From a virus (lineage: Duplodnaviria > Caudoviricetes): a stretch of 58,207 nt of DNA. This document shows positions 1 through 9,638 of the stretch, in pieces (the first letter of the stretch is position 1; every line of letters starts with the position of its first letter). Made by a program: the position numbers and the translations under genes. Below the pieces are notes generated by a model. It had not been told where the DNA came from and searched no databases. It was given only the letters and a program-made list of their open reading frames with translations. Where the stretch lies: positions 1 through 58,207 of IMG/VR virus record IMGVR_UViG_3300021966_000003, one strand, 5' to 3'.

Positions 1-329
1 TCATCAAAGATATAATACAGGCCGCCTTGACTATTATCATCAATAAAATCTAATGCAGATTGATATACATTGACGGTAAAGCCATCTTTATTTTCGGTTA
101 AGTTAATCTCATTACTTTCACCGTCATAAGCGTAACCATCTCTAAGCAACTCAACACAATCGGTATAATCCAAGTCCACTTTTTGGTCTAAAAAGTCTGA
201 TAATGCTTCACCGTCCAAGTCATCAGGGTTGTAATTGCTATCCTTGTAAGTAAAGCTGTCAATTAAAAACAGCTTACCTTGTGCACTTGCTTCACTCATT
301 GATTTTGCTACTCCATCTGTATATCCCAT
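1..329 (-). CDS. Acidic hypothetical early protein, 3' end beyond window
   Basis: ATG at 329 with AGAGGT RBS and own promoter; open to window edge (MGYTDGVAKSMSEASAQGKLFLIDSF...). Confidence 0.7.
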   Translation of the reverse strand, partial: MGYTDGVAKSMSEASAQGKLFLIDSFTYKDSNYNPDDLDGEALSDFLDQKVDLDYTDCVELLRDGYAYDGESNEINLTENKDGFTVNVYQSALDFIDDNSQGGLYYIFD

Positions 330-418
330 AATGTAAATACCTCTTTTTATATTTTTTTATTTTGGTTCTTCCTTATGTATTAAGAATAGCATGGCGCTAT
401 TCTTTTGTCAACTCTTTT

Positions 419-697
419 TTAAATAATTCCTAAAAGAATTTTATGGATATTTTCCGCCGTGATTGCCAGCATGTTTTCTTTAAAACCCGTATTCCAGTCT
501 ACCGTGTTAGTCCCGCCGTGTGTGTCTGTAACCGTTACTACGTTGCGTTTAAAGCTTACTAGCACATAATCACGAATATCATCCGCCCATGCGCTTAGAT
601 ATGCTTTACCGTCATTTGGGTTGATTGTTACGTCTGTATCAATATCACACCAATCTAATAAGTTGCTTAAATTGTCAAAAAATTCAGATTGTTTCAT
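419..697 (-). CDS. Hypothetical early protein
   Basis: ORF track 419..715; start moved to MKQS. Confidence 0.65.
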   Translation of the reverse strand: MKQSEFFDNLSNLLDWCDIDTDVTINPNDGKAYLSAWADDIRDYVLVSFKRNVVTVTDTHGGTNTVDWNTGFKENMLAITAENIHKILLGII

Positions 698-698
698 A

Positions 699-1001
699 TT
701 ATTCACCATCCTCAACTAATTGTAATAGTTGTTGTCGCCGTTCTTTTTCTAATATTTCATAAAAATCATTTAATAAGTCCGTGATTTCGTCATCGTTGTA
801 AAAGTCCCAAACGTCTTCACCGTATTCGTTACGTTCGTTCTGATAAGAACTACTGTCGCCATATTCGTTAGCGTCATCATCAGCAACTGAGATAGTGTTC
901 TCATCGTATTGATTCAGTTCGTTAACTAGTGTAATCTGCTCATCATTATCCAAACCGTTTAGAATACTATCTGTGTCGTGTTTCGTGAATTTAATAATCA
1001 T
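699..1001 (-). CDS. Highly acidic small early protein
   Basis: ORF with GAGGT RBS, strongly D/E/N-rich, own promoter. Confidence 0.75.
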   Translation of the reverse strand: MIIKFTKHDTDSILNGLDNDEQITLVNELNQYDENTISVADDDANEYGDSSSYQNERNEYGEDVWDFYNDDEITDLLNDFYEILEKERRQQLLQLVEDGE

Positions 1002-1070
1002 AATGTATATACCTCGTTTTTTTTATTTATGGGTTTATTATAACCCTTAGCTTACAAACTTGTCAACAAT

Positions 1071-1169
1071 TTAATACCAAATATTTACCTCACTATCGAA
1101 CACTTCACTATCATAGTCGGTTCCCACGAAATCATTATCAAGCAATGCGCTCAATTCGTTTTCTGTCAT
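1071..1169 (-). CDS. 32-aa acidic peptide
   Basis: Manual translation MTENELSALLDNDFVGTDYDSEVFDSEVNIWY; RBS AAGGGAAGTGA and promoter upstream. Confidence 0.55.
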   Translation of the reverse strand: MTENELSALLDNDFVGTDYDSEVFDSEVNIWY

Positions 1170-1244
1170 ATTGTTCACTTCCCTTACTTGTTAAAACTAG
1201 TTTACCATGCTGTTTTAAAATTGTCAATCCTTAATCTTAATTTT

Positions 1245-1370
1245 TTAGTCTTGCCAGATACCGGCGATTACCAGCGAACTGCTTAAAAATGCTACGGCGA
1301 ATAAGAACGGGTTTACGATAGTCGCAACGACTACCGCCGCTATTGCTGTAATTGTTCCTAGAATCTTCAT
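1245..1370 (-). CDS. 41-aa hydrophobic membrane peptide
   Basis: Manual translation MKILGTITAIAAVVVATIVNPFLFAVAFLSSSLVIAGIWQD; RBS GGGAGGTG. Confidence 0.6.
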   Translation of the reverse strand: MKILGTITAIAAVVVATIVNPFLFAVAFLSSSLVIAGIWQD

Positions 1371-1949
1371 ATCTCTGCACCTCCCTTACTTGATGACTTA
1401 ATTTTAACTTTCGGCGTTCAAGTTGTCAAGACTTTTTTCAAATTTATTTTTTTTTGCTTGTTGTTTGTTTGCCATGAGTTAATTAAACCATATTGGGGCG
1501 TAAACGTCAACCCCTAAACATAATTAATTTAAACCGTGGTTGTTCTATAGTAGGAAAAACTCAATTTTGCAACTTAAAAAGTACTTTCTGTCTTACTCTC
1601 ACAACGGTTACAATGATTATAAAAACCGACATTTTTTAATTTTGAAAAAGGTAAAAGGTCTATACCAATCCGCTTTATTGTATTATGGGCGTTATGGTCC
1701 TAAAACCTACAACCACAACGTTTAGGCCCTGTTTATCGTTTAAAATCATCAAGTATTTACTTAATAGGAAGAAAAAAGTTAAAAATGCACTGCTTAAAAG
1801 CTTCCAATTCCTTGTTAGAGTAAGGCGCAACCCGCTTTTAAAAACCGAAATTTATACCTTTTAAACTGGTCTACCATTGGTCTAATCCGTGCACACAAGT
1901 ATCCTGAGAATTCTACGGGAACCCCTGAGTTTATAGCGTTTTGCCAGTT

Positions 1950-2230
1950 CCCCCGTGTATATGCATATATTTCCCCAGATTTCCACAAACCCCGCCCCGT
2001 ATACGTTTTATATTTATTATCTATGTGAATCTCTGTTATATCAACGTTTTGCCCTTTTTTATGTGTGTATGTGTGTTTTTTCCGTGTATGTGTTTATATG
2101 TTTTTAACCCTCCTCCGTGTGCTTTATGTGTTAATTTCCCCTGTGTGTGCGTGCCTGTTAAAACGGGGTATAGCGCTAAGCGCTTATGTATGTATGTGTG
2201 TAAAAATTGGGGCTTAGGGGTGCGTGTGCG
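1950..2230. repeat. Strand-biased TGTG/TATG short-repeat tract in a non-coding region
   Basis: About ten CCGTGT/TATGTG/TGTGTG-like motifs, all in one orientation, separated by T or C runs. Confidence 0.6.
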
Positions 2231-2336
2231 GATCTCTAAAAATGTAGGAAAGTATAGGTAGATTTCTATAGTATGCTAGCGTATACTTGTCTGTGTACAA
2301 CGCTAGAAATTGCTTAGGGTGCGTCTCTCAGCACAC

Positions 2337-2365
2337 AAAAAGCCCACCTTAGTGAGCTTTTGTTT
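2337..2365. terminator. Probable intrinsic terminator for the leftward block
   Basis: AAAAAGCCCAC-CTTA-GTGAGCTTTT hairpin with A and T tails. Confidence 0.55.
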
Positions 2366-2394
2366 GATCTCAAAATTTAATTTTTTTCAAATTT

Positions 2395-2697
2395 TTAATA
2401 ATCGTCGGGATTGTTTTCTCTTATTTGCAGCATAGCAGTTCTCGCTTCGTTCATCGTCATTTTTCCTTCACTATATCGCTGGATCACTTCGTCTACCGTT
2501 TTTGGTGTCCCTCGGTATTGCTGTGTTTGGGTTGCTTGATCCATCCACTCAATCAAACCCATGGCACCGCAATCTTCTTTTTTGTCTTCTGCTTTTTGAA
2601 ATTCACGCCATTTTTCCACGGCGGCAATTGCGTTCTGCATTCCGCTTGGAATAAAAATCGGATCATCGAAATCGTTGTATTTGTTTTTGCCTTCCAT
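2395..2697 (-). CDS. Hypothetical protein
   Basis: ORF track; GAGGAG RBS before MEGK. Confidence 0.65.
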   Translation of the reverse strand: MEGKNKYNDFDDPIFIPSGMQNAIAAVEKWREFQKAEDKKEDCGAMGLIEWMDQATQTQQYRGTPKTVDEVIQRYSEGKMTMNEARTAMLQIRENNPDDY

Positions 2698-2888
2698 TTT
2701 TAGTCTCCTCATTCCACGTTTCGTATGGTAGTTGAACAGATTTTTCTGGACATTTTTACCAAAATATTTGAATTTGAATTAGATAGGGGTACCTTATATT
2801 GAAGAAGTCTTTAAAAACTCAAATTTAAAATTGTTTGACACTATTTTAGTAAGGGGTATTACAATTGATAAACTTTTTCTGACAACAT

Positions 2889-3674
2889 TTAATAATATTT
2901 ATGATCTACTTTATGAGAGGGGTCCTCATGATATACTTTCCACCCATGAATTAAATTGTCAGTGTCGATTCTTAAATTAAGATATGATATGCCGGTATTC
3001 AACTTACTTGCCATCTCTCGTTGGTTCTTAGCTTCTATAATAGTGTCATCCTTTTCCGCAAAGACTTTACCAGTAGAGAATTGGGGTTCTGAGTCTGGTA
3101 TATATAAATTTCCATTTTCATCAACAGAATACGGAACCCAACCGTTCATTTTCTTTCCTAGGGGCTTAAGCCTTCTTAGTTGCGAGCTTATTGCGGACGG
3201 TCCTTTGTACCCTAAGAACGTAGCGGCATCACCTTGACTCTTAAAATATTTTGTTTCATCGCCTCTAACCAAAGCAATCTTCATAGGGGCATTCTGAGAT
3301 TCGTTATCTATCATAGTTTGTTTAGATTTTTTATCCCGATTACCTGCCACTAAGTTTTCTTGATGCGTTACCCACTGTAAATTCTCAGATCTATTATCGT
3401 CCCGGATCTCATTAATGTGATGTACTTCTATCTTATTATCTGGGTCGGGGCTATGGACGCACGCTTTAGCTACTAAGACAGAGACTATCAAAGTCTTTTG
3501 TTTTTCTGTGCTATCAATTGTGCCCACTTGAACATATCTATAAGCATTGTGAGACAATGGGGCAATTCGCCATTCTTTATCTTGAATATAATACTTATAT
3601 ATTCGTCCTTTATTACTCACCCGGAGTTTATCAAAACCCTCCACCTTATACCATTCTTCGATTTTATTTCTCAT
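2889..3674 (-). CDS. NUMOD4-HNH homing endonuclease with C-terminal DNA-binding repeats
   Basis: WYKVEGF...VSNKGRI; VHHINEIRDDNRSENLQW. Confidence 0.85.
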   Translation of the reverse strand: MRNKIEEWYKVEGFDKLRVSNKGRIYKYYIQDKEWRIAPLSHNAYRYVQVGTIDSTEKQKTLIVSVLVAKACVHSPDPDNKIEVHHINEIRDDNRSENLQWVTHQENLVAGNRDKKSKQTMIDNESQNAPMKIALVRGDETKYFKSQGDAATFLGYKGPSAISSQLRRLKPLGKKMNGWVPYSVDENGNLYIPDSEPQFSTGKVFAEKDDTIIEAKNQREMASKLNTGISYLNLRIDTDNLIHGWKVYHEDPSHKVDHKYY

Positions 3675-3675
3675 A

Positions 3676-3909
3676 TCACCATCTTCTTTTCTCAATTATC
3701 CATAAAGTATCTTTCATCAAATTAATTAGTCTAAGTAGCTGATCTGTATCTAATTCTTCCAAACGAATTAGGTATTTCGTATACAGCCAGTCTGATAAGC
3801 TCGAAGGGTTAACACTGCCCATAATTATTCCTTCTTTATTTTTCATCCAACGAACTAAAGCTGTCCTAATGAGGGGTTCCATCATCGCAAACTCTTTAGC
3901 ATTATCCAT
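3676..3909 (-). CDS. Hypothetical protein
   Basis: ORF with AGGAGG RBS. Confidence 0.7.
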   Translation of the reverse strand: MDNAKEFAMMEPLIRTALVRWMKNKEGIIMGSVNPSSLSDWLYTKYLIRLEELDTDQLLRLINLMKDTLWIIEKRRW

Positions 3910-3919
3910 AACTTTCCTC

Positions 3920-4171
3920 CTATAATTTTGTCATTGAGTATCCGTTCTCCGTTGCCCGGCGGATCAAACTTAAAAGTTCTTTCCACTGGCCTCTACTTAA
4001 ATCATCCCGATCTAGGCTATACCACATCAATAAAAAGTAATCAAGATATTCTGGGATCTCACGGCGCACCTCTTTTTCTGGTATTCCCACCTTCTTACTC
4101 ATCCGGGCATTGTCTACACTGGTCATATATAATTCATTTTTAATTGTTTCCCACTTTTGATCTGTTTTCAT
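3920..4171 (-). CDS. Hypothetical protein
   Basis: AAGGA RBS before MKTD; promoter directly upstream. Confidence 0.65.
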   Translation of the reverse strand: MKTDQKWETIKNELYMTSVDNARMSKKVGIPEKEVRREIPEYLDYFLLMWYSLDRDDLSRGQWKELLSLIRRATENGYSMTKL

Positions 4172-4199
4172 AGTAATTCCTTCTTTCTTTAATAAAGAT

Positions 4200-4235
4200 A
4201 TTATATCATAACAAAAAAGACCCGTCAAGGGTCTT
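4200..4235 (-). promoter_or_regulatory. Overlapping terminator and promoter
   Basis: AGACCC-TTGAC-GGGTCT-T run, then TATAAT at 17 nt spacing. Confidence 0.75.
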
Positions 4236-4239
4236 ATCG

Positions 4240-4482
4240 TTATGCACGGGGTACACTGCGTTTCTTAACTTTTTCGATGGCATCACGTACTGTGGTAGAT
4301 TCTTCTGGTTCTTTAACAACTTTCATAGGCACATTACCTCTGTGATCCCGAAAAACCATTGTCTTACCACAACTTTTACAGGCCCACCTTGCACTTTTCA
4401 TATCGCCATCTTCAACAGTTGAAGAGATCTTCGTCCACGACGTATTATCCCCACAGGTACTACAATAACTCAATCGCTCCAT
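4240..4482 (-). CDS. Small zinc-ribbon protein
   Basis: CSTC...CKSC; AGGAG RBS. Confidence 0.7.
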   Translation of the reverse strand: MERLSYCSTCGDNTSWTKISSTVEDGDMKSARWACKSCGKTMVFRDHRGNVPMKVVKEPEESTTVRDAIEKVKKRSVPRA

Positions 4483-4500
4483 ATTATATTCTCCTTTTGA

Positions 4501-5176
4501 TTAATTAAATTTCCACTGATAACTACCAGCAGATTTTGTTTTACCCCTAGCACATCTTGATATGTTACTTTGTTTAATTCTGGATTTTTCACCAGCCGCT
4601 TTAATTGAATCAAACGTCTCAATTAACATACCATCTTTTATACTGCGTAACAGACTTTAACTTCTTTTTATTCGCACATTGCGGACAACCGTATCCACTT
4701 TTAAGGTTATTTGGGGTTATTAACCATTTATTCCGACAAACATTGCAAAACCACGAGCATTTTGTTGTGACGTTTTTATACCCACCAATATAAGTTACTT
4801 TTGGATTGATTGCTTTAATTTCTTTGATGACATCCACCACGTTTTTCGTTGCTCTATCAATTCTGACCGGTTCGCTATTATTATATTTTCTAGTACACCA
4901 CATTAGATTGTTGATATTATTATTCAATGGGTTTCCATCTATATGATGAACATCGCTATTAACAGACTTATTCCGATTTGGTATAAACATCATAGCGACC
5001 AAACGATGAATACTGGCTTTCTTTGATTCGCCATTTTTACTAAGACCTACGACTAGATACCCGTGACTATTTAACGTTCCATTCAATAACCTGTTTTCTT
5101 TGTTTTTAACTCTCCCTTTGTTACTAACCCAGTATAGCCCTTCATATCCTTCAATTTCCTTCCAAAATTCAATCAA
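4501..5176 (-). pseudogene. NUMOD4-HNH-zinc ribbon-NUMOD1 endonuclease, frameshifted near 4637
   Basis: Removing one A from TATAAAAGAT restores QYKDGMLIETFDSIKAAG...SAGSYQWKFN, matching the tail of paralog 44367..45059. Confidence 0.8.
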
Positions 5177-5733
5177 TATTCCATCTCCTCATAGTGATGC
5201 TTAGCACATCTAACTTCATAGGTGGCGTCGCCAATAACAATGTGATTTTCACTATCATCATCCGTTAACAGATCATTAAAGGTCGCCTTATTAGTACATC
5301 CATTAATTTCGCATACCCGTTCAATTTCTTTGATCTCATCAGCTTCTTCTAGCCAAGCTGTTGTACCGGGGAATAGTTCTCCGTCATAGTTCTTCATCAG
5401 CCCATAGGCGTAAATATCCGCCATGATAGTAATAGAAAAGATAAAGACTAATCTTGGTGATAGGAACTGTGCTTCATCAATTAGAATAACGTCCGGGTTA
5501 AGATCGTTTATTTTTTCAACTAACGAAACAATATATGGTTCTCGATCCGTATCCTCAATATTAATGTCAACCGGATGTTCAATACCGATCCGTGATTTAA
5601 TATTAGCGTCTCTTGTATCTGTTACAGGTTTTAGGTATAATACCTTTTTACCAGAATGTTCAAGGTCATACCCAGTCATCATTAGAGTGGCGGACTTACT
5701 ACTTTTCATCGGACCCCAAGTAAATTTAATCAT
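5173..5733 (-). CDS. tdk: Thymidine kinase
   Basis: GPMKSSKS P-loop, DTRD, LIDEAQFL, YGL, Zn-lasso cysteines. Confidence 0.92.
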   Translation of the reverse strand: MIKFTWGPMKSSKSATLMMTGYDLEHSGKKVLYLKPVTDTRDANIKSRIGIEHPVDINIEDTDREPYIVSLVEKINDLNPDVILIDEAQFLSPRLVFIFSITIMADIYAYGLMKNYDGELFPGTTAWLEEADEIKEIERVCEINGCTNKATFNDLLTDDDSENHIVIGDATYEVRCAKHHYEEMEY

Positions 5734-5737
5734 CTAT

Positions 5738-6517
5738 CTACCCCAGATACCAGTGCATAGTATACCGCACATTCTTCCATAAAAACCCACAACGGTTCGA
5801 GGTTACATACCATTGCCAACCACTAAAAATCTCATCATTGAACGCTTCCCACATCTCGTCTGTTAGGGCATCACGGTAAAGTAATGTAGACCATGTTGAC
5901 AAATAATATTCAAAGTCACTATTCTTTACCACATCATTGGACCCTAAAGTTTTTGCCCATGACATCAATACATCCGTACTAGCGTCTTCTAGTTCAACAG
6001 CAATACTATGGTTAATATGGTATAGAATATATGCTACCGATTTTGAAAACGATACTAGTATATTATCTTCTTTTTCACTCGGTGTATCAGTTCCACTAAG
6101 CTTAGCGAGCACTGATAACGTTTCAGCCGGTGTTAAGACATCATCATCATCATTTTTGTTATCATGCAGATCTTTTAAGAATGCTTTTAAGTCTTTGAAC
6201 TCTTCTTCCGTAAATACTGGGGATAAACGGTCTAAAGTGCTGCTACCATAATAATCCCCATCTTCTCCAAGTGCGATATATTGATCTTTGTATACGTGGC
6301 GTTCACGTCTTACTTCCGCCCCATATTCCAGCTTGGAGATTACTAAGTGCGGTTCTGGTTTACGATGAAAGGTAACTTCCGTCGTATTATGAGTACTGAT
6401 AGCTGCAGTGGTGTATTCAATCATGTCTTCAACAGTTCGCATCTTATTGATTTCTAACACACCGAGATCTGGTGATCGATAGGGGCCAATATTGCTATCC
6501 AACTTTTTAATGTTCAT
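5738..6517 (-). CDS. Hypothetical protein
   Basis: 259-aa ORF with AGGAGG RBS. Confidence 0.75.
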   Translation of the reverse strand: MNIKKLDSNIGPYRSPDLGVLEINKMRTVEDMIEYTTAAISTHNTTEVTFHRKPEPHLVISKLEYGAEVRRERHVYKDQYIALGEDGDYYGSSTLDRLSPVFTEEEFKDLKAFLKDLHDNKNDDDDVLTPAETLSVLAKLSGTDTPSEKEDNILVSFSKSVAYILYHINHSIAVELEDASTDVLMSWAKTLGSNDVVKNSDFEYYLSTWSTLLYRDALTDEMWEAFNDEIFSGWQWYVTSNRCGFLWKNVRYTMHWYLG

Positions 6518-6528
6518 GTTTATTCCTC

Positions 6529-6771
6529 CTAGTCTTCAATTGTAAATATAGATAGTGGGTTAACTTCAATGCCGTCTTCTACATATGGAGTATCTTCCAT
6601 CCATTCAATAATCTTTGTCTTACCGGCAACTTCACCCTCGTTGCCTAGGTAATCCATCTTATTGAAGTGGCGTTCTGCTATTTCTGCTTTCGCCATAGAA
6701 GTAAAAATTCCTAGCACACCAACTTCATTTGTATAGTTATCAATTACTTGGTACGTTACGACATATAACAT
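6529..6771 (-). CDS. Hypothetical protein
   Basis: ORF track; start moved to MLYV. Confidence 0.65.
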   Translation of the reverse strand: MLYVVTYQVIDNYTNEVGVLGIFTSMAKAEIAERHFNKMDYLGNEGEVAGKTKIIEWMEDTPYVEDGIEVNPLSIFTIED

Positions 6772-6773
6772 AC

Positions 6774-7064
6774 TTATTCCCCCCAATGTTTGCGATTATA
6801 TTTACGGATCATCTTAATAATATGAAGTGCTTCGTTACTATTAGTTTCAAATGCTTCATTTTTTGAATTGGAAAATATCATTCTTTCTGATGAGAAGCTA
6901 AAACTTGCTTTATTAAATACTGAATCATCTTGATTGAAGATTGCTCCACGTCCGCCAATAACTAATCCATCAATAGGGTCAACGACAGATTCAATCTGAA
7001 CGTTTTCCCAAGTGTGTTTCTTAATATATTTGGCGACTTCTTTTTCGATCGTTTTCTTTTTCAT
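6774..7064 (-). CDS. Hypothetical protein
   Basis: ORF with RBS and upstream promoter. Confidence 0.7.
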   Translation of the reverse strand: MKKKTIEKEVAKYIKKHTWENVQIESVVDPIDGLVIGGRGAIFNQDDSVFNKASFSFSSERMIFSNSKNEAFETNSNEALHIIKMIRKYNRKHWGE

Positions 7065-7282
7065 ATCTGTCCCTCGTTTCTATACTATTATTATACAACA
7101 AAAGGGCTGCTTTCGCAACCCCCATAAGAATTATTTTAACAATTCATTTAATTGTAAGATCAAGTTTCGTACCAGTTGTTCCTTATCAGTGATATTTAGG
7201 TTCATTTCGCTTCCAGATTTCCCATAAGTGTAATGATCTTTATTCATATAAATTTGCCAGCAGTGGCGGCGCTTTTTTTTGT

Positions 7283-7516
7283 TTAGCTATAGTGGACGAT
7301 AGTTCCCGGTGTTTCCATTCTAACGTTCAAGCTTCGTCCATTAATAAATACCACCGTATAGTCTGCATGAGGGCCATCCAGATTTTCATCGATACTAGCC
7401 ACTTCTGGATAATCGGGTGCAATATACTCATCTCTTTGGATATAATACATTGGCTTTCGACCAACAAAATACGCTCGATAGCGATATGGATTTTCAATTT
7501 CAAGTCCTCTAATCAT
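7283..7516 (-). CDS. Hypothetical protein
   Basis: ORF with AGGAGG RBS. Confidence 0.65.
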   Translation of the reverse strand: MIRGLEIENPYRYRAYFVGRKPMYYIQRDEYIAPDYPEVASIDENLDGPHADYTVVFINGRSLNVRMETPGTIVHYS

Positions 7517-7525
7517 GTCTTCCTC

Positions 7526-7846
7526 CTATAAATCAGAAATTTTATTTAGCAGTTGCTTTAACAATTGCCGTAGACATGCCATCCAGCATTGACTATCCTG
7601 AAACCAATACGGACTAGTTCCAAGAACAACATAGCCATCTTTTTGTTGATAACCGGTCATATACGTTACAAAAACTGTAGTTTCACGTCCTGTATATTCG
7701 GTTCCGTCCCATTCACGAAGGTGGAGTCTATCACCTACTTGAAAATCACGATCATTTTTTCGAATTTCAAAACACTTAACTCCAGCTAACTGAGCTTTCA
7801 GGTATTCAGACTCGATTTTCAATTCATGAATCTTTGACACAAACAT
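7526..7846 (-). CDS. ASCH/DUF3850-like protein
   Basis: HELKI...GVKCFEIRKNDRDFQVGDRLHLREW. Confidence 0.85.
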   Translation of the reverse strand: MFVSKIHELKIESEYLKAQLAGVKCFEIRKNDRDFQVGDRLHLREWDGTEYTGRETTVFVTYMTGYQQKDGYVVLGTSPYWFQDSQCWMACLRQLLKQLLNKISDL

Positions 7847-7858
7847 AGTCCCAACCCC

Positions 7859-8215
7859 TTACATAAAATAACGTTCAAACAAATCTCTGTGAATCAAGAA
7901 TTGTTCCCCATCAGCATCCTCGATAATCCGATCATCAAGTTCAATGCTCTGCCTACGATATTGGTTGTCCTTACCATAATTTGCCAAGAAACCATAGCCC
8001 CAAATATCGTCCCAAATAATCCCATGAAACTTATAGATTGTTTGCCATGTATGCCTTGGTCTATTATCACAGCCAGCCTGACTATCATCTTGCTCACGAG
8101 CTTTTTCAAATTCCACACGCACTTCTTCACCGAGCTTTTTAGTGACTCTAATCACCTTGAATTCATTTGGTCTTGCGGTACACGTCCCAATTTCCAAGCT
8201 ACTCACTCCCTGCAT
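7859..8215 (-). CDS. Hypothetical phage protein
   Basis: ORF track; C-terminal IIEDADGEQF...LFERYF. Confidence 0.6.
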   Translation of the reverse strand: MQGVSSLEIGTCTARPNEFKVIRVTKKLGEEVRVEFEKAREQDDSQAGCDNRPRHTWQTIYKFHGIIWDDIWGYGFLANYGKDNQYRRQSIELDDRIIEDADGEQFLIHRDLFERYFM

Positions 8216-8231
8216 AAAATAAGAATTTCAA

Positions 8232-8471
8232 TCAACCAAATGGACTGGTGCTCATCACCACATAACCGGGATTCTGCTGATAAGGTGTAATGTAGGTCAC
8301 ATACACCGTTGTTTCACGTCCCGTATACTCAGCACCGTCCCACTAACGCAGCCAGAGCCGGTCGCCCACCTTGTAGCCACGATCATCCTTACGAATCTCA
8401 AAGTTTTTAACTCCGGCTAGTTGTGCGGCTAGGTACTCTGGCGCAATCTTTAACACATGTAGTTCACTCAT
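8232..8471 (-). pseudogene. Second ASCH/DUF3850 copy with in-frame TAG at 8343
   Basis: [59 protein letters not shown] aligns to 7526..7846 (E replaced by stop). Confidence 0.8.
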
Positions 8472-8602
8472 TCGTCTTCCCCCACCGTATACCCATCTAG
8501 CCACGCACGGGCAAAGTTATCTTGAAGCTCAATCCACCGTTCCGGTGACTGATAATTTCTGAAATAATCTGCAGCTGGCTTAGAACTACTTTCATTCGTC
8601 AT
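8468..8602 (-). CDS. Short DUF1642-like remnant
   Basis: Manual translation ending [18 protein letters not shown]. Confidence 0.5.
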   Translation of the reverse strand: MTNESSSKPAADYFRNYQSPERWIELQDNFARAWLDGYTVGEDE

Positions 8603-8700
8603 CGCTCCTTGTCCCATATTTATGATCTAGCCATGAATCCCAACCAGCTAACAACATCCCAACTACAACAATAATTACTATTCCTAGCATAAAAATCCAT

Positions 8701-9015
8701 TTAACTACCTAGCTTTCTGCCACACATTGGGCAATAATTAAACCAGAATACGGCAGTGGTAGAATCACCCGGTCTTGCATCTGGATATTTTGAATCATTA
8801 ATGTCAACTTGAACATTGCCATGGTAATCTTGACGAATACGATTCCAGTAATCATCGTTTGAATCTAAATGATAAATTTCATCATCCTCACCAGCGTTTG
8901 CAACAAATTCACGGTGGCCCGGTTTGGAGTCTTTTCCTTCTGTTACAGAAATATTGTCCCAATGACGTGCTTTTAGCCCGTTTTCAATAGCAATTTTAAT
9001 CTTCTTTACACCCAT
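8701..9015 (-). CDS. Hypothetical protein with C-terminal CPxCG knuckle
   Basis: FNYCPMCGRKL. Confidence 0.7.
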   Translation of the reverse strand: MGVKKIKIAIENGLKARHWDNISVTEGKDSKPGHREFVANAGEDDEIYHLDSNDDYWNRIRQDYHGNVQVDINDSKYPDARPGDSTTAVFWFNYCPMCGRKLGS

Positions 9016-9017
9016 TG

Positions 9018-9608
9018 TTAATACTCCTCGATAGACGCCGTAACATTAAACCCAGCTGTTTTTGAGCGCTTTTGAAACCCATTAATATTATAGCGGGCTA
9101 GATCTAAATATTGGAATATTTCACCATCTTCTGGCATCATAGCTCCAAGACGCAGATCAGCAGCATTCTTCTCTAAACTAACCGCTACGCTTTCGTTTTT
9201 ATCAATAAATTCAACGACATATCCTTCATCCAAAATGCCAAACAAGTCTACCCGGGCTACTTCAAAATATTTTTGCAATAGCTTTGTTAGATATTTTGTT
9301 AATGATTCCATTTCTTTGTCCCAGTCAAACGTATTATCTCTATCAAATTGTTGAATCATTCGGATGATTTCTTCATCATCCCTATCGAATCCGCTGGGTT
9401 CAAATAATCGTTCTTTATCTTCAATTCTAATTAATTCTTCACCCTCCGTAGAGAACCTAAACATAGCGTGTTCTTTTTCTAAACTATCAGAAGCAAAAAT
9501 ATCAAATGACAGTTTTTCTAAAACGTTAGTCTTCAACGATTCGATTTTCCACCCATTATCTTTGATTTCCTTACGAACTTTTTGTTCAATTTCTTCTGCA
9601 CTCATCAT
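9018..9608 (-). CDS. Hypothetical protein
   Basis: AAGGA RBS before MMSA; promoter upstream. Confidence 0.75.
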   Translation of the reverse strand: MMSAEEIEQKVRKEIKDNGWKIESLKTNVLEKLSFDIFASDSLEKEHAMFRFSTEGEELIRIEDKERLFEPSGFDRDDEEIIRMIQQFDRDNTFDWDKEMESLTKYLTKLLQKYFEVARVDLFGILDEGYVVEFIDKNESVAVSLEKNAADLRLGAMMPEDGEIFQYLDLARYNINGFQKRSKTAGFNVTASIEEY

Positions 9609-9638
9609 ATAAATTCCTTCTTTCTTATCTATAAATAC

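Larger units (their letters stand above)
383..1510 (-). promoter_or_regulatory. Array of five leftward sigma70-type promoters
   Basis: TTGACA/TTGACG near 410, 1065, 1227, 1428 and 1510, each with a -10-like hexamer 17 nt downstream (TATTCT, TATAAT, TAAACT, TAAAAT, TTTAAT). Confidence 0.75.

Noticed and set aside
1941-2261. 106-aa Cys/Val-rich ORF
   Set aside because: Translation of TG repeats; no RBS; opposite to local gene direction
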